Positions 1-15,752 of a DNA stretch of 64,000 bases are shown here, piece by piece. How positions within the stretch are numbered: position 1 is the stretch's first letter; every line of letters begins with the position of its first letter. Origin of the DNA: Escherichia coli (GTDB taxonomy: Bacteria > Pseudomonadota > Gammaproteobacteria > Enterobacterales > Enterobacteriaceae); the NCBI RefSeq assembly GCF_044647545.1, contig NZ_CP172818.1. One strand, 5' to 3'. The notes beneath the pieces are model-generated. The model searched no databases. It was given only the letters and a program-made list of their open reading frames with translations, and was not told the DNA's origin. Both the position numbers and the translations under genes were made by a program.

Positions 1-474
1 AATGAAAAGGTTGATGTGCCGATGATGCTGCGCGTTGTTGAGCGCGAGGCTCAGACTCTGAGTCAGAAAAAACAGACATTTACCTTTGAGATAGATAACG
101 GCCTCAAGGTGTCTGGCAACGAAGATCAGCTACGCAGTGCGATTTCGAACCTGGTCTATAACGCCGTGAATCATACGCCGGAAGGCACGCATATCACCGT
201 ACGCTGGCAGCGAGTGCCGCACGGTGCCGAATTTAGTGTTGAAGATAACGGACCGGGCATTGCACCGGAGCATATTCCGCGCCTGACCGAGCGTTTTTAT
301 CGCGTTGATAAAGCGCGTTCCCGGCAAACCGGTGGTAGCGGATTAGGGTTAGCGATCGTGAAACATGCGGTGAATCATCACGAAAGTCGCCTGAATATTG
401 AGAGTACAGTAGGAAAAGGTACACGTTTCAGTTTTGTTATCCCGGAACGTTTAATTGCCAAAAACAGCGATTAA
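1..474 (+). CDS. phoR: Phosphate regulon sensor histidine kinase PhoR, C-terminal part (5' end outside window)
   Basis: ORF 16..474 in frame from position 1; HATPase_c motifs ([16 protein letters not shown]); C-terminus ...ERLIAKNSD matches PhoR. Confidence 0.93.
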   Translation, partial: NEKVDVPMMLRVVEREAQTLSQKKQTFTFEIDNGLKVSGNEDQLRSAISNLVYNAVNHTPEGTHITVRWQRVPHGAEFSVEDNGPGIAPEHIPRLTERFYRVDKARSRQTGGSGLGLAIVKHAVNHHESRLNIESTVGKGTRFSFVIPERLIAKNSD

Positions 475-501
475 TTCGCCTTTGTCATCTTTTATTGCCA
501 T

Positions 502-530
502 AAGCCAGCCGATGCTGGCTTATTTTCTTT
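502..530 (+). terminator. Rho-independent terminator after phoR
   Basis: Hairpin aagccagc/cgat/gctggctt followed by attttcttt. Confidence 0.7.
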
Positions 531-880
531 GCAGTCGAAATACGGGCGTTAGATTTTACAATGGTTGGTGATTTTTTGTTCGCATGATTAGCCATGTCTT
601 TTTCATTGAAATAGTGTTTTATACTGGTTGGTGATTTCTTATCGCTATATACCTCTGGTTTTTAGATCCCTTCTTGCTTTAAAACGTTATAAGCGTTTAA
701 ATTGCGCTTCAGGTGCTGTCATACTGACTGCATTTACGCGGTAAATCGAAAAACTATTCTTCGCCGCGCCTGGTTGGGAGTATTTCCCGCTAAAATTGTT
801 TAAATATACCGCTGTATCATCCCCAGGGATTGGCACAAAAATTTAACGTTACAACACCACATCCACAGGCAGTATGATTT

Positions 881-2200
881 ATGACCCATCAATTAAGATC
901 GCGCGATATCATCGCTCTGGGCTTTATGACATTTGCGTTGTTCGTCGGCGCAGGTAACATTATTTTCCCTCCAATGGTCGGCTTGCAGGCAGGCGAACAC
1001 GTCTGGACTGCGGCATTCGGCTTCCTCATTACTGCCGTTGGCCTACCGGTATTAACGGTAGTGGCGCTGGCAAAAGTTGGCGGCGGTGTTGACAGTCTCA
1101 GCACGCCAATTGGTAAAGTCGCTGGCGTACTGCTGGCAACAGTTTGTTACCTGGCGGTGGGGCCGCTTTTCGCTACGCCGCGTACAGCTACCGTTTCTTT
1201 TGAAGTGGGCATTGCGCCGCTGACGGGTGATTCCGCGCTGCCGCTGTTTATCTACAGCCTGGTTTATTTCGCTATCGTTATTCTGGTTTCGCTCTATCCG
1301 GGCAAGCTGCTGGATACCGTGGGCAACTTCCTTGCGCCGCTGAAAATTATCGCGCTGGTCATCCTGTCTGTTGCCGCAATTATCTGGCCGGCGGGTTCTA
1401 TCAGCACGGCGACTGAGGCTTATCAAAACGCTGCGTTTTCTAACGGCTTCGTCAACGGCTATCTGACCATGGATACGCTGGGCGCAATGGTGTTTGGTAT
1501 CGTTATTGTTAACGCGGCGCGTTCTCGTGGCGTTACCGAAGCGCGTCTGCTGACCCGTTATACCGTCTGGGCTGGCCTGATGGCGGGTGTTGGTCTGACT
1601 CTGCTGTATCTGGCGCTGTTCCGTCTGGGTTCAGACAGCGCGTCGCTGGTCGATCAGTCTGCAAACGGTGCGGCGATCCTGCATGCTTACGTTCAGCATA
1701 CCTTTGGCGGCGGCGGTAGCTTCCTGCTGGCGGCGTTAATCTTCATCGCCTGCCTGGTCACGGCGGTTGGCCTGACCTGTGCTTGTGCAGAATTCTTCGC
1801 CCAGTACGTACCGCTCTCTTATCGTACGCTGGTGTTTATCCTCGGCGGCTTCTCGATGGTGGTGTCTAACCTCGGTTTGAGCCAGCTGATTCAGATCTCT
1901 GTACCGGTGCTGACCGCCATTTATCCGCCGTGTATCGCACTGGTTGTATTAAGTTTTACACGCTCATGGTGGCATAATTCGACCCGCGTGATTGCTCCGC
2001 CGATGTTTATCAGCCTGCTTTTTGGTATTCTCGACGGGATCAAAGCATCTGCATTCAGCGATATCTTACCGTCCTGGGCGCAGCGTTTACCGCTGGCCGA
2101 ACAAGGTCTGGCGTGGTTAATGCCAACAGTGGTGATGGTGGTTTTGGCCATTATCTGGGATCGTGCGGCAGGTCGTCAGGTGACCTCCAGCGCTCACTAA
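881..2200 (+). CDS. brnQ: Branched-chain amino acid transport system carrier protein
   Basis: 439-aa polytopic membrane ORF, N-terminus [31 protein letters not shown]; conserved position after phoR. Confidence 0.95.
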   Translation: MTHQLRSRDIIALGFMTFALFVGAGNIIFPPMVGLQAGEHVWTAAFGFLITAVGLPVLTVVALAKVGGGVDSLSTPIGKVAGVLLATVCYLAVGPLFATPRTATVSFEVGIAPLTGDSALPLFIYSLVYFAIVILVSLYPGKLLDTVGNFLAPLKIIALVILSVAAIIWPAGSISTATEAYQNAAFSNGFVNGYLTMDTLGAMVFGIVIVNAARSRGVTEARLLTRYTVWAGLMAGVGLTLLYLALFRLGSDSASLVDQSANGAAILHAYVQHTFGGGGSFLLAALIFIACLVTAVGLTCACAEFFAQYVPLSYRTLVFILGGFSMVVSNLGLSQLIQISVPVLTAIYPPCIALVVLSFTRSWWHNSTRVIAPPMFISLLFGILDGIKASAFSDILPSWAQRLPLAEQGLAWLMPTVVMVVLAIIWDRAAGRQVTSSAH

Positions 2201-2221
2201 ATCACTGAACATTTGTTTTAA

Positions 2222-2251
2222 CCACGGGGCTGCGATGCCCCGTGGTTTTTT
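2222..2251 (+). terminator. Rho-independent terminator after brnQ
   Basis: ccacggggc/tgcgat/gccccgtgg hairpin followed by tttttt. Confidence 0.8.
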
Positions 2252-2275
2252 ATTGTGTTGATGGGTTAGGAATTG

Positions 2276-3649
2276 ATGGAAAGTAAGAACAAGCTAAAGC
2301 GTGGGCTAAGTACCCGCCACATACGCTTTATGGCACTGGGTTCAGCAATTGGCACCGGGTTGTTTTACGGTTCGGCAGACGCCATCAAAATGGCCGGTCC
2401 GAGCGTGTTGTTGGCCTATATTATCGGTGGTGTCGCGGCGTATATCATTATGCGCGCGCTGGGGGAAATGTCGGTACATAACCCGGCCGCCAGCTCTTTC
2501 TCGCGTTATGCGCAGGAAAACCTCGGCCCGCTGGCAGGTTACATTACCGGCTGGACCTACTGCTTTGAAATCCTAATTGTCGCCATCGCCGATGTGACCG
2601 CTTTTGGTATCTATATGGGTGTCTGGTTTCCGACGGTGCCGCACTGGATTTGGGTACTGAGCGTGGTGCTGATCATTTGCGCCGTAAACCTGATGAGCGT
2701 GAAGGTATTCGGTGAGCTGGAGTTCTGGTTCTCGTTCTTTAAAGTCGCCACTATCATCATCATGATTGTCGCCGGTTTCGGCATCATCATCTGGGGAATT
2801 GGCAACGGCGGGCAACCGACCGGTATTCATAACCTGTGGAGCAACGGCGGCTTCTTCAGTAACGGCTGGCTTGGTATGGTGATGTCGTTGCAAATGGTGA
2901 TGTTTGCTTACGGTGGGATCGAAATTATCGGGATTACCGCCGGTGAAGCGAAAGATCCTGAGAAATCTATTCCGCGCGCGATTAACTCCGTGCCGATGCG
3001 TATTCTGGTGTTCTACGTCGGTACGCTGTTCGTCATTATGTCTATCTACCCGTGGAATCAGGTTGGCACTGCCGGTAGCCCGTTCGTACTGACGTTCCAG
3101 CATATGGGGATTACCTTTGCCGCCAGCATTCTTAACTTTGTTGTGCTGACCGCTTCGCTGTCGGCAATTAACAGTGACGTATTTGGCGTAGGCCGTATGC
3201 TCCACGGTATGGCAGAGCAGGGCAGCGCGCCAAAAATTTTCAGCAAAACCTCGCGTCGCGGTATTCCGTGGGTTACGGTGCTGGTGATGACTACCGCGCT
3301 GCTGTTTGCGGTGTATCTGAACTACATCATGCCGGAAAACGTCTTCCTGGTGATCGCTTCGCTGGCAACCTTCGCCACGGTGTGGGTGTGGATTATGATC
3401 CTGCTGTCGCAAATCGCCTTCCGTCGCCGTTTGCCGCCAGAAGAAGTTAAGGCGCTGAAATTTAAAGTGCCGGGTGGGGTCGCAACCACCATCTGCGGTT
3501 TGATTTTCCTGCTCTTTATTATCGGGTTGATTGGTTATCACCCTGATACGCGTATCTCGCTGTATGTCGGTTTCGCGTGGATTGTTGTGCTGTTGATTGG
3601 CTGGATGTTTAAGCGCCGCCACGATCGTCAGCTGGCTGAAAACCAGTAA
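2276..3649 (+). CDS. proY: Proline-specific permease (APC family amino acid transporter)
   Basis: ORF 2273..3649; trimmed to the ATG at 2276 (2273 is TTG); 457 aa, [32 protein letters not shown] amino-acid permease signature. Confidence 0.93.
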   Translation: MESKNKLKRGLSTRHIRFMALGSAIGTGLFYGSADAIKMAGPSVLLAYIIGGVAAYIIMRALGEMSVHNPAASSFSRYAQENLGPLAGYITGWTYCFEILIVAIADVTAFGIYMGVWFPTVPHWIWVLSVVLIICAVNLMSVKVFGELEFWFSFFKVATIIIMIVAGFGIIIWGIGNGGQPTGIHNLWSNGGFFSNGWLGMVMSLQMVMFAYGGIEIIGITAGEAKDPEKSIPRAINSVPMRILVFYVGTLFVIMSIYPWNQVGTAGSPFVLTFQHMGITFAASILNFVVLTASLSAINSDVFGVGRMLHGMAEQGSAPKIFSKTSRRGIPWVTVLVMTTALLFAVYLNYIMPENVFLVIASLATFATVWVWIMILLSQIAFRRRLPPEEVKALKFKVPGGVATTICGLIFLLFIIGLIGYHPDTRISLYVGFAWIVVLLIGWMFKRRHDRQLAENQ

Positions 3650-3720
3650 TCCTTGCGTTCTGTAAGCCGGTTCAGGAGGAAATCCTGATCCGGCTATTCC
3701 GAAAGTTATCCGCCCCCGTC

Positions 3721-3730
3721 CTCCTCCCCC
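3721..3730 (-). promoter_or_regulatory. Candidate MalT box upstream of malZ
   Basis: Minus-strand GGGGGAGGAG resembles the MalT box consensus GGGGA(T/G)GAGG; malZ is a known MalT-dependent gene. Confidence 0.4.
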
Positions 3731-3807
3731 AAATATCCTTCAGATGATGAGTGATCCTGCATTAGGCTATGGCAAGGTGATCAGATTTTCATCACAGGGG
3801 AATTATG

Positions 3808-5622
3808 ATGTTAAATGCATGGCATCTGCCGGTGCCCCCATTTGTTAAACAAAGCAAAGATCAACTGCTCATTACGCTGTGGCTGACGGGCGAAGACCCA
3901 CCGCAGCGCATTATGCTGCGTACAGAACACGACAACGAAGAAACGTCAGTAGCGATGCATAAGCAGCGCAGTCAGCCGCAGCCTGGCGTTACCGCATGGC
4001 GGGCGGCGATCGATCTCTCCAGCGGGCAACCTCGGCGGCGTTATAGTTTCAAATTACTGTGGCACGATCGCCAGCGTTGGTTTACACCGCAGGGCTTCAG
4101 CCGAATGCCGCCAGCACGACTGGAGCAGTTTGCTGTCGATGTCCCGGATATCGGCCCACAATGGGCTGCGGATCAGATTTTTTATCAGATCTTCCCTGAT
4201 CGTTTCGCCCGTAGTCTTCCTCGTGAAGCTGAACAGGATCATGTTTATTACCATCACGCAGCCGGACAAGAGATCATATTGCGTGACTGGGATGAACCGG
4301 TCACGGCGCAGGCGGGCGGATCAACGTTCTATGGCGGCGATCTGGACGGGATAAGCGAAAAACTGCCGTATCTGAAAAAACTTGGCGTGACGGCGCTGTA
4401 TCTCAATCCGGTGTTTAAAGCTCCCAGCGTACATAAATACGATACAGAGGATTATCGCCACGTCGATCCGCAGTTTGGCGGCGACGGAGCGTTGCTGCGT
4501 TTGCGACACCATACGCAGCAGCTGGGAATGCGGCTGGTGCTGGATGGCGTGTTTAACCACAGTGGCGATTCCCATGCCTGGTTTGACAGGCACAATCGTG
4601 GCACGGGTGGTGCTTGTCACAACCCCGAATCGCCCTGGCGCGACTGGTACTCGTTTAGTGACGATGGCACGGCGCTCGACTGGCTGGGCTATGCCAGCTT
4701 GCCGAAACTGGATTATCAGTCGGAAAGTCTGGTGAATGAAATTTATCGCGGGGAAGACAGTATTGTCCGCCACTGGCTGAAAGCGCCGTGGAATATGGAC
4801 GGCTGGCGGCTGGATGTGGTGCATATGCTGGGGGAAGCGGGTGGGGCGCGCAATAATTTGCAGCACGTTGCCGGGATCACCGAAGCGGCGAAAGAAACCC
4901 AGCCGGAAGCGTATATCGTTGGAGAGCATTTTGGCGATGCACGGCAATGGTTACAGGCCGATGTGGAAGATGCCGCCATGAACTATCGTGGCTTCACATT
5001 CCCGTTGTGGGGATTTCTTGCCAATACCGACATCTCTTATGATCCGCAGCAAATTGACGCCCAAACCTGTATGGCCTGGATGGATAATTACCGCGCCGGA
5101 CTTTCTCATCAACAGCAACTGCGTATGTTTAATCAGCTCGATAGCCACGATACTGCGCGATTTAAAACGCTGCTCGGTCGGGATATTGCGCGCCTGCCGC
5201 TGGCGGTGGTCTGGTTGTTCACCTGGCCTGGTGTACCGTGCATTTATTACGGTGATGAAGTGGGACTGGATGGTAAAAACGATCCGTTTTGCCGTAAACC
5301 GTTCCCCTGGCAGGTGGAAAAGCAGGATACGGCGTTATTCGCGCTGTACCAGCGAATGATTGCGCTGCGTAAGAAAAGTCAGGCGCTGCGTCGTGGCGGC
5401 TGTCAGGTGCTGTATGCGGAAGATAACGTGGTGGTATTTGGCCGCGTGCTGAATCAGCAGCGTGTACTGGTGGCAATCAACCGTGGAGAAGCCTGTGAAG
5501 TGGTGCTACCCGCGTCACCGTTGCTTAATGTTGCGCAATGGCAACGCAAAGAAGGCCATGGGCAACTGACAGACGGGATTCTGGCTTTGCCTGCCATTTC
5601 GGCTACGGTGTGGATCAACTAA
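3808..5622 (+). CDS. malZ: Maltodextrin glucosidase (GH13)
   Basis: ORF 3805..5622 begins [10 protein letters not shown]; second ATG taken as start (604 aa); GH13 motifs [15 protein letters not shown]; C-terminus intact, TAA at 5620-5622. Confidence 0.93.
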   Translation: MLNAWHLPVPPFVKQSKDQLLITLWLTGEDPPQRIMLRTEHDNEETSVAMHKQRSQPQPGVTAWRAAIDLSSGQPRRRYSFKLLWHDRQRWFTPQGFSRMPPARLEQFAVDVPDIGPQWAADQIFYQIFPDRFARSLPREAEQDHVYYHHAAGQEIILRDWDEPVTAQAGGSTFYGGDLDGISEKLPYLKKLGVTALYLNPVFKAPSVHKYDTEDYRHVDPQFGGDGALLRLRHHTQQLGMRLVLDGVFNHSGDSHAWFDRHNRGTGGACHNPESPWRDWYSFSDDGTALDWLGYASLPKLDYQSESLVNEIYRGEDSIVRHWLKAPWNMDGWRLDVVHMLGEAGGARNNLQHVAGITEAAKETQPEAYIVGEHFGDARQWLQADVEDAAMNYRGFTFPLWGFLANTDISYDPQQIDAQTCMAWMDNYRAGLSHQQQLRMFNQLDSHDTARFKTLLGRDIARLPLAVVWLFTWPGVPCIYYGDEVGLDGKNDPFCRKPFPWQVEKQDTALFALYQRMIALRKKSQALRRGGCQVLYAEDNVVVFGRVLNQQRVLVAINRGEACEVVLPASPLLNVAQWQRKEGHGQLTDGILALPAISATVWIN

Positions 5623-5659
5623 CTGTTTTATTTATTACGTCGTATCACCACCCTACACT

Positions 5660-6734
<1,075 letters not shown>

Positions 6735-6735
<1 letters not shown>

Positions 6736-7361
6736 CAGTTGCGCATCCCAGAGGATAAGAAGGAAGAAGATAAAAGTGGGAGAAGCGCCTTGCGTGACGC
6801 CTGCGCCATCATCCGCGGATAAAACTGCCAGAAGCGGGTTTCGAGGGCGGCATAATGTGCGTTTAAATCGTACCAGGAGTCACGCAGGGCATCCAGACGT
6901 GGGCGACGGCTTGCCATGCCGTTTAACACGTTCTGGATGAAATCCATATCGCGATAGCGCACCAGCCACTGCTCTGACCACAAGTAATTGTTCAGATTGA
7001 TAAAACGTGGCGGTGAGTCCGGCAAAATCGTCATCACTTGCTCGCGGGCATAACAGACAAATTCCTGTAGCGGAAAGTCCGGCGACAGCTGCGACCAGTG
7101 GCGGGAAAGAAAGTGATCCCACATGACATCCAGCGTAATAGGCGCAACGCGGCGCGTTTCACTACGAAACCATTCCCGTGCTTCGCGGACTTCCGGCAGA
7201 TTGTCGGTTAGTACATCAATGCGCCGATGCATATGAATGCCAGCCACGACGTCGGGCGGAAAACTTTCTTCAGGATTTCCGCGTACGAAATCAGCCAGTA
7301 AATTGCCGGAAAGCGAGCTTTCCGCGAGATGGGCTAAATGCAGGTGAGCTAAAAAATTCAT
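6735..7361 (-). CDS. acpH: Acyl carrier protein phosphodiesterase; ORF here is 208 aa, about 15 aa longer at the C-terminus than the 193 aa I recall
   Basis: N-terminus [32 protein letters not shown]; ORF continues past ...ASRKAL as [15 protein letters not shown] to TGA at 6735-6737, running into the AT-rich block. Confidence 0.85.
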
Positions 7362-7453
7362 CGATTATATTCTATCCAAAGGGGGGTAAAGGTTGCAGGG
7401 AGAGCGCCCCGGCACTAGACTACCCGCCTCTTATTTTAGTCTGAGTCAGTGTC

Positions 7454-8524
7454 ATGCGCGTTACCGATTTCTCCTTTGAATTGCCCGAATCCCTGATTGC
7501 CCACTATCCCATGCCTGAACGCAGTAGCTGTCGTTTACTGTCGCTGGACGGGCCGACGGGCGCGCTGACGCACGGTACTTTCACCGATTTACTCGATAAG
7601 CTCAACCCCGGCGATCTTCTGGTTTTTAATAATACCCGCGTGATCCCGGCGCGTCTGTTTGGGCGTAAAGCCAGCGGCGGCAAGATTGAAGTGCTGGTTG
7701 AGCGGATGCTCGACGACAAACGCATTCTTGCGCATATTCGCGCCTCGAAAGCGCCAAAACCTGGCGCAGAACTGTTGCTGGGCGATGACGAAAGTATTAA
7801 CGCAACAATGACCGCGCGCCACGGCGCACTGTTTGAAGTCGAATTTAATGATGATCGTTCGGTACTGGATATCCTCAACAGCATCGGCCATATGCCGCTG
7901 CCGCCGTATATCGACCGTCCGGACGAAGACGCTGACCGCGAACTTTATCAAACCGTTTATAGCGAAAAACCGGGCGCGGTTGCAGCCCCGACCGCTGGTC
8001 TGCATTTTGACGAACCTTTGCTGGAAAAATTACGCGCCAAAGGCGTGGAGATGGCGTTTGTCACCCTGCACGTTGGTGCGGGCACCTTCCAGCCGGTGCG
8101 CGTCGACACCATTGAAGATCACATCATGCACTCGGAATACGCTGAAGTACCGCAGGATGTGGTAGACGCGGTACTGGCGGCGAAAGCGCGCGGTAACCGG
8201 GTGATTGCGGTTGGCACCACCTCGGTACGTTCGCTGGAAAGCGCGGCCCAGGCGGCGAAAAACGATCTCATCGAACCGTTCTTTGACGATACCCAAATCT
8301 TTATCTATCCCGGCTTCCAGTACAAAGTGGTCGATGCGCTGGTGACGAACTTCCACCTTCCTGAATCGACGCTGATTATGCTGGTTTCGGCATTTGCCGG
8401 CTATCAACACACTATGAACGCCTATAAAGCGGCGGTAGAAGAGAAATATCGCTTTTTTAGTTACGGTGATGCGATGTTTATCACGTACAATCCGCAGGCA
8501 ATTAATGAGCGCGTCGGGGAGTAA
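7454..8524 (+). CDS. queA: S-adenosylmethionine:tRNA ribosyltransferase-isomerase
   Basis: 356 aa, [29 protein letters not shown]; upstream of tgt as in the queA-tgt-yajC-secDF operon. Confidence 0.96.
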   Translation: MRVTDFSFELPESLIAHYPMPERSSCRLLSLDGPTGALTHGTFTDLLDKLNPGDLLVFNNTRVIPARLFGRKASGGKIEVLVERMLDDKRILAHIRASKAPKPGAELLLGDDESINATMTARHGALFEVEFNDDRSVLDILNSIGHMPLPPYIDRPDEDADRELYQTVYSEKPGAVAAPTAGLHFDEPLLEKLRAKGVEMAFVTLHVGAGTFQPVRVDTIEDHIMHSEYAEVPQDVVDAVLAAKARGNRVIAVGTTSVRSLESAAQAAKNDLIEPFFDDTQIFIYPGFQYKVVDALVTNFHLPESTLIMLVSAFAGYQHTMNAYKAAVEEKYRFFSYGDAMFITYNPQAINERVGE

Positions 8525-8563
8525 TTCCGCGGCGCTGGTTTAAACGTTGGACTGTTTTTCTGA

Positions 8564-9706
<1,143 letters not shown>

Positions 9707-9728
9707 TATTAATAATGAGGGAAATTTA

Positions 9729-10061
9729 ATGAGCTTTTTTATTTCTGATGCGGTAGCGGCAACGGGTGCACCGGCGCAAGGTAGCCCGATGTCTTTGATT
9801 TTGATGCTGGTGGTATTCGGTCTGATTTTCTATTTCATGATCCTGCGTCCACAGCAGAAGCGCACCAAAGAACACAAAAAGCTGATGGACTCCATTGCCA
9901 AAGGTGATGAAGTTCTGACGAACGGTGGCCTGGTTGGTCGCGTAACCAAAGTAGCGGAAAACGGCTACATTGCTATCGCGCTGAATGACACCACTGAAGT
10001 AGTTATTAAACGTGACTTCGTAGCTGCCGTCCTGCCGAAAGGCACCATGAAGGCGCTGTAA
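9729..10061 (+). CDS. yajC: Sec translocon accessory subunit YajC
   Basis: ORF 9699..10061 trimmed to ATG at 9729 (110 aa, MSFFISDAVAATGAP...); GAGGGA Shine-Dalgarno 8 nt upstream. Confidence 0.93.
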   Translation: MSFFISDAVAATGAPAQGSPMSLILMLVVFGLIFYFMILRPQQKRTKEHKKLMDSIAKGDEVLTNGGLVGRVTKVAENGYIAIALNDTTEVVIKRDFVAAVLPKGTMKAL

Positions 10062-10088
10062 TTAAAATTTTTCCCTAAGGGAATTGCC

Positions 10089-11936
10089 GTGTTAAACCGT
10101 TATCCTTTGTGGAAGTACGTCATGCTGATCGTGGTGATTGTCATCGGTCTGCTGTATGCGCTTCCCAACCTGTTTGGTGAGGATCCGGCTGTTCAGATCA
10201 CTGGTGCGCGCGGAGTCGCCGCCAGTGAGCAAACGCTGATCCAGGTCCAGAAAACGTTACAAGAAGAAAAAATAACTGCTAAGTCTGTGGCACTGGAAGA
10301 GGGCGCTATTCTTGCGCGCTTCGACTCCACTGACACCCAGCTGCGCGCTCGTGAAGCATTAATGGGCGTTATGGGTGACAAATACGTCGTGGCGCTTAAC
10401 CTTGCCCCGGCAACGCCGCGCTGGCTGGCAGCTATTCATGCTGAGCCGATGAAGCTCGGCCTTGACCTGCGTGGCGGCGTTCACTTCCTGATGGAAGTGG
10501 ATATGGACACCGCGCTTGGCAAACTCCAGGAACAAAACATCGATAGCCTGCGCAGCGACCTGCGTGAAAAGGGCATCCCGTATACCACCGTTCGTAAAGA
10601 AAACAACTACGGCCTGAGCATCACTTTCCGCGATGCTAAAGCTCGTGATGAAGCCATTGCGTATCTGAGCAAGCGCCATCCGGACCTGGTGATTAGCAGC
10701 CAGGGCAGCAACCAGCTGCGTGCGGTAATGAGCGATGCTCGCCTGAGTGAAGCGCGTGAATATGCGGTGCAGCAGAACATTAATATCCTGCGTAACCGTG
10801 TAAACCAACTTGGCGTGGCGGAGCCGGTGGTTCAGCGTCAGGGTGCTGACCGTATCGTTGTTGAACTGCCAGGTATTCAGGACACCGCGCGTGCGAAAGA
10901 GATTCTGGGTGCGACGGCAACGCTGGAATTCCGTCTGGTAAACACCAACGTTGATCAGGCCGCTGCGGCATCCGGCCGCGTACCGGGCGACTCTGAAGTG
11001 AAACAGACCCGCGAAGGTCAGCCGGTTGTGCTGTACAAACGCGTAATTCTGACCGGTGACCATATCACCGACTCCACTTCCAGCCAGGACGAATACAACC
11101 AGCCGCAGGTTAACATTTCGCTCGACAGCGCAGGTGGCAACATTATGTCTAACTTCACCAAGGACAACATCGGCAAACCGATGGCGACCCTGTTTGTGGA
11201 GTACAAAGACAGCGGCAAGAAAGATGCTAACGGTCGTGCGGTTCTGGTGAAACAGGAAGAGGTGATTAACATCGCTAACATCCAGTCTCGTCTGGGTAAC
11301 AGCTTCCGTATCACCGGTATTAACAACCCGAACGAAGCCCGTCAGCTTTCACTTTTGCTGCGTGCCGGTGCGTTGATCGCGCCAATTCAGATTGTTGAAG
11401 AACGTACCATTGGCCCGACTCTGGGTATGCAGAACATTGAACAGGGGCTGGAGGCTTGCCTTGCCGGTCTGCTGGTTTCTATTCTGTTTATGATCATCTT
11501 CTATAAGAAGTTTGGTCTGATTGCGACCAGTGCTTTGATTGCCAACTTGATCTTGATCGTCGGCATTATGTCGCTGTTGCCAGGCGCAACGCTGAGTATG
11601 CCAGGTATCGCGGGTATCGTCTTAACCCTTGCGGTAGCGGTCGACGCGAACGTACTGATCAACGAACGTATTAAAGAAGAGTTGAGCAACGGACGTACTG
11701 TTCAACAGGCAATTGATGAAGGTTATCGTGGCGCATTCAGTTCCATCTTCGATGCGAACATCACCACGCTGATTAAAGTCATCATCCTGTACGCAGTGGG
11801 TACCGGGGCAATTAAAGGGTTCGCGATTACTACCGGTATCGGTGTGGCGACGTCGATGTTTACCGCGATTGTCGGTACGCGTGCCATCGTAAACCTGCTA
11901 TATGGCGGCAAGCGCGTCAAGAAGCTGTCAATCTGA
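10089..11936 (+). CDS. secD: Protein translocase subunit SecD
   Basis: 615 aa, GTG start, [33 protein letters not shown]; large periplasmic domain then C-terminal TM bundle. Confidence 0.96.
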   Translation: MLNRYPLWKYVMLIVVIVIGLLYALPNLFGEDPAVQITGARGVAASEQTLIQVQKTLQEEKITAKSVALEEGAILARFDSTDTQLRAREALMGVMGDKYVVALNLAPATPRWLAAIHAEPMKLGLDLRGGVHFLMEVDMDTALGKLQEQNIDSLRSDLREKGIPYTTVRKENNYGLSITFRDAKARDEAIAYLSKRHPDLVISSQGSNQLRAVMSDARLSEAREYAVQQNINILRNRVNQLGVAEPVVQRQGADRIVVELPGIQDTARAKEILGATATLEFRLVNTNVDQAAAASGRVPGDSEVKQTREGQPVVLYKRVILTGDHITDSTSSQDEYNQPQVNISLDSAGGNIMSNFTKDNIGKPMATLFVEYKDSGKKDANGRAVLVKQEEVINIANIQSRLGNSFRITGINNPNEARQLSLLLRAGALIAPIQIVEERTIGPTLGMQNIEQGLEACLAGLLVSILFMIIFYKKFGLIATSALIANLILIVGIMSLLPGATLSMPGIAGIVLTLAVAVDANVLINERIKEELSNGRTVQQAIDEGYRGAFSSIFDANITTLIKVIILYAVGTGAIKGFAITTGIGVATSMFTAIVGTRAIVNLLYGGKRVKKLSI

Positions 11937-11946
11937 GGAGTGCGAT

Positions 11947-12918
11947 GTGGCACAGGAATATACTGTTGAACAACTAAACCACGGCCGTAAAGTCTATGAC
12001 TTTATGCGCTGGGACTACTGGGCTTTCGGCATCTCTGGTCTGCTGTTAATCGCCGCTATCGTTATTATGGGCGTGCGCGGCTTTAACTGGGGGCTGGATT
12101 TCACCGGTGGTACGGTTATTGAAATTACGCTCGAAAAACCGGCTGAAATTGACGTAATGCGTGATGCATTGCAAAAAGCCGGTTTTGAAGAGCCGATGCT
12201 GCAAAACTTTGGTAGCAGCCACGACATCATGGTCCGTATGCCGCCTGCTGAAGGCGAAACCGGCGGTCAGGTGCTGGGCAGCCAGGTTCTGAAGGTGATT
12301 AACGAATCCACCAATCAGAATGCGGCAGTGAAGCGTATTGAGTTCGTCGGTCCGAGCGTGGGGGCAGACCTTGCGCAAACCGGTGCGATGGCGTTGATGG
12401 CGGCGCTGCTGTCTATCCTCGTGTACGTAGGTTTCCGCTTTGAGTGGCGACTGGCGGCAGGGGTTGTTATTGCGCTGGCGCACGACGTTATCATTACGCT
12501 GGGTATTTTGTCGTTATTCCATATCGAGATTGACCTGACCATTGTGGCATCGTTGATGTCAGTTATCGGTTACTCGCTTAACGACAGTATCGTGGTATCG
12601 GACCGTATTCGTGAAAACTTCCGCAAGATCCGTCGCGGTACGCCTTACGAAATCTTTAACGTGTCCTTGACCCAGACGCTGCACCGTACCTTGATCACAT
12701 CCGGTACTACCTTGATGGTTATCCTGATGCTGTACCTCTTCGGTGGTCCGGTACTGGAAGGCTTCTCGCTGACCATGCTTATCGGTGTTTCCATCGGTAC
12801 TGCATCTTCCATCTACGTAGCATCGGCGCTGGCTCTGAAACTGGGTATGAAGCGCGAACACATGCTGCAGCAGAAAGTGGAAAAAGAAGGGGCGGATCAG
12901 CCGTCAATTCTGCCGTAA
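11947..12918 (+). CDS. secF: Protein translocase subunit SecF
   Basis: ORF 11902..12918 trimmed to in-frame GTG at 11947 giving the 323-aa protein starting (M)[23 protein letters not shown]. Confidence 0.93.
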
Positions 12919-12937
12919 TCAAGTTCCCGTTGATGTT

Positions 12938-12970
12938 GAAAATCCCGGTCAGAAGATCGGGATTTTTTTT
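12938..12970 (+). terminator. Rho-independent terminator after secF
   Basis: aaaatcccg...cgggatttt hairpin followed by a T8 run. Confidence 0.75.
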
Positions 12971-13046
12971 GATGTATGGAGATTGCGAAAATCCCCGCAT
13001 CTTGGGAAACTGCGCGTAACCCTACATTTCATCCAGGTAACTTTTC

Positions 13047-13394
13047 ATGGCTATCATCCCAAAAAACTATGCGCGCTTAGAAAGCGGCTATCGCGAAAAA
13101 GCATTAAAAATCTATCCGTGGGTCTGCGGTCGCTGTTCCCGCGAGTTTGTTTATTCCAACCTGCGTGAACTTACCGTTCACCACATTGATCACGACCATA
13201 CCAATAACCCGGAAGATGGCAGTAACTGGGAATTGCTTTGTCTCTATTGCCACGATCATGAGCATTCGAAATATACCGAAGCGGATCAGTATGGTACGAC
13301 CGTTATCGCAGGGGAAGATGCGCAGAAAGATGTCGGTGAAGCGAAGTACAACCCATTCGCTGACCTGAAAGCGATGATGAACAAGAAGAAGTGA
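13047..13394 (+). CDS. yajD: HNH nuclease family protein YajD
   Basis: 115 aa with HNH motif (CGRC...HHIDHDHTNN...CLYCHDHEH). Confidence 0.9.
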   Translation: MAIIPKNYARLESGYREKALKIYPWVCGRCSREFVYSNLRELTVHHIDHDHTNNPEDGSNWELLCLYCHDHEHSKYTEADQYGTTVIAGEDAQKDVGEAKYNPFADLKAMMNKKK

Positions 13395-13395
13395 A

Positions 13396-13420
13396 AATGC
13401 CGGATATGAAATCCGGCATT
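13396..13420. terminator. Bidirectional hairpin terminator between convergent yajD and tsx
   Basis: Perfect inverted repeat aatgccggat/atgaa/atccggcatt. Confidence 0.7.
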
Positions 13421-13427
13421 CTCACAA

Positions 13428-14312
13428 TCAGAAGTTGTAACCTACTACCAGGTAACCACCCCAGCCGGTAGAGCGAACGTTGAAGTTGCCGTTGCCGAAG
13501 TTCAGTTCTGCATCGTCGTTCCACTGACCACCGTCGTGCCAGTAACGAGCTACGACAGAGTAGTGCCAATGATCGTAGTTCAGAGCCAGAATATGGCTGG
13601 AAGCGATAGAGTTATTAGTACGGGTCTTAATACCGTTGATTGCGTTACCGCTGTCATCCCCTAAATCGGAACCCCAGTCGAAGTTGGTGAAGCCGATGTA
13701 GCTCAGCTGACCGCCCCACAGATCGGTAATCGGCACAAAGTATTTAATTTTGAAACGGTAACCGTCCCACTCGTTTTCGTTCGCTGCGCCATAGTTCTGC
13801 CACTGGTATTTCGCATAGACGTTCATGGACAGGCTCATCGGCAGGCCAGTATCGATATCGGTACCCAGACCCATGTACCAGGTGCTCTGGCGACCATCTT
13901 TATTACGACCCATGTCGTAAATGTAGTTGTTCGCGAAGTACCACTCTTTGAACGGACCAAAGCTAAGGTCAGTATTGGTCAGCTTGTCGATGGAGAAACG
14001 TGGTTCGATTTCCATAAACAGCGGAGAACCGTGGTTCCAGATACCTTTTGCATCGGAGTTACCGCCGAAGAATACCGGCGCATCCGCATAACCATAGAAG
14101 TCGAACCAGTCTTTTTTAGCGAATGCTTCGTACTCAAGGTAGGTATCGTTGCGGATCTGCGGTCCGAAACGGGTGTGATAGCTTCCGACAACGTTAACGC
14201 TCTGGTGCCACCAGTCGGAAAGATACTGCGGTTTGTCGTTTTCAGCTGCGTTGACAGTAAAAGACGAAGAGAGCGCCAGTACCGCACCGGCTGCCAGTAA
14301 TGTTTTTTTCAT
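13428..14312 (-). CDS. tsx: Nucleoside-specific outer membrane channel Tsx
   Basis: ORF 13428..14360 trimmed to [22 protein letters not shown] signal peptide (294 aa); beta-barrel ending ...GYLVVGYNF. Confidence 0.94.
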
Positions 14313-14609
14313 ATGTATGCCACTGTTTGAAAATCCCTTGCGGGAGTGAAAAAGGCGCAAATTGCGTTTCTAAATATTTCGTATACAGAGGAGCCTATTA
14401 TAAAAATCATTGCTCACAAAAATATGTTTCGTTTCACAGTTCTATCATTTACGTAATCGATTGCGTTCACGTTTACACACATTCGGGCAGGGATTGTACT
14501 GACTTTCACCCTTGTTGCAAACTTTTACTATCAATCCAGGTGATGTAAGCGGAGTAACAAAATGACGGGGAAGATGTTGCGGGACGCACAATATCGCCCC
14601 GCAATACGT

Positions 14610-15149
14610 TTACTGCATAACAGGTTGAATGTCGTGGATACGTACAAAGCCTAACTGATCCACAGACATACCCTTTAACTGTAACGGAATATCAACATCG
14701 CTGGGGGCGAGGACGCTGGCAGGTGCGTTAATCAATTGATTCTGCACATTGATTTCCTGAAAGTTGTCTATTGTTCCCTGAATTTGCCCATATTCAACAG
14801 TTCCGCTGAATGCGGGCAAGGGATCATTCGACTCGCCCTGAATACGTAGCGTCAGGGTGGTGCCATCTGTATCAGGCGTAATATTCACCAGCGACATACG
14901 TAAAGTACCGATCTGGCTTTCCAGTCTTGCTGGTGTTTTTGCTCCAGGCAGAAGGTAAACCCCACTGCTGGATTTTGCATTCAGCCTGTTTTGCTGAGTG
15001 ATTTTGACCGTTTCTTTATTGAGTTGCGTCATCTCCTGGTTCAGCGTGCTGACGCTGTGTTTCATCTGTCGCACTTCGCTTTGCTGCACACAGGCGCTAA
15101 GGCTGAACAGGCTTCCCAGCAGGAGCAGTCGAAAAACGTTAGTATTCAT
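14610..15149 (-). CDS. yajI: Lipoprotein YajI
   Basis: ORF 14610..15209 trimmed to MNTNVFRLLLLGSLFSLSAC (lipobox LSAC), 179 aa. Confidence 0.88.
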   Translation of the reverse strand: MNTNVFRLLLLGSLFSLSACVQQSEVRQMKHSVSTLNQEMTQLNKETVKITQQNRLNAKSSSGVYLLPGAKTPARLESQIGTLRMSLVNITPDTDGTTLTLRIQGESNDPLPAFSGTVEYGQIQGTIDNFQEINVQNQLINAPASVLAPSDVDIPLQLKGMSVDQLGFVRIHDIQPVMQ

Positions 15150-15263
15150 AGGTCGTCCCTTTCTCGTCGCAATTAGCCTAATGGTAGAGGGTAAAAGCAG
15201 CGAAAGCATCGATCCTTTATCTCAAAAGCGTTGCGCCTTTGTTGTATCGTCAGTTCAGGGTAA

Positions 15264-15749
<486 letters not shown>

Positions 15750-15752
15750 GCC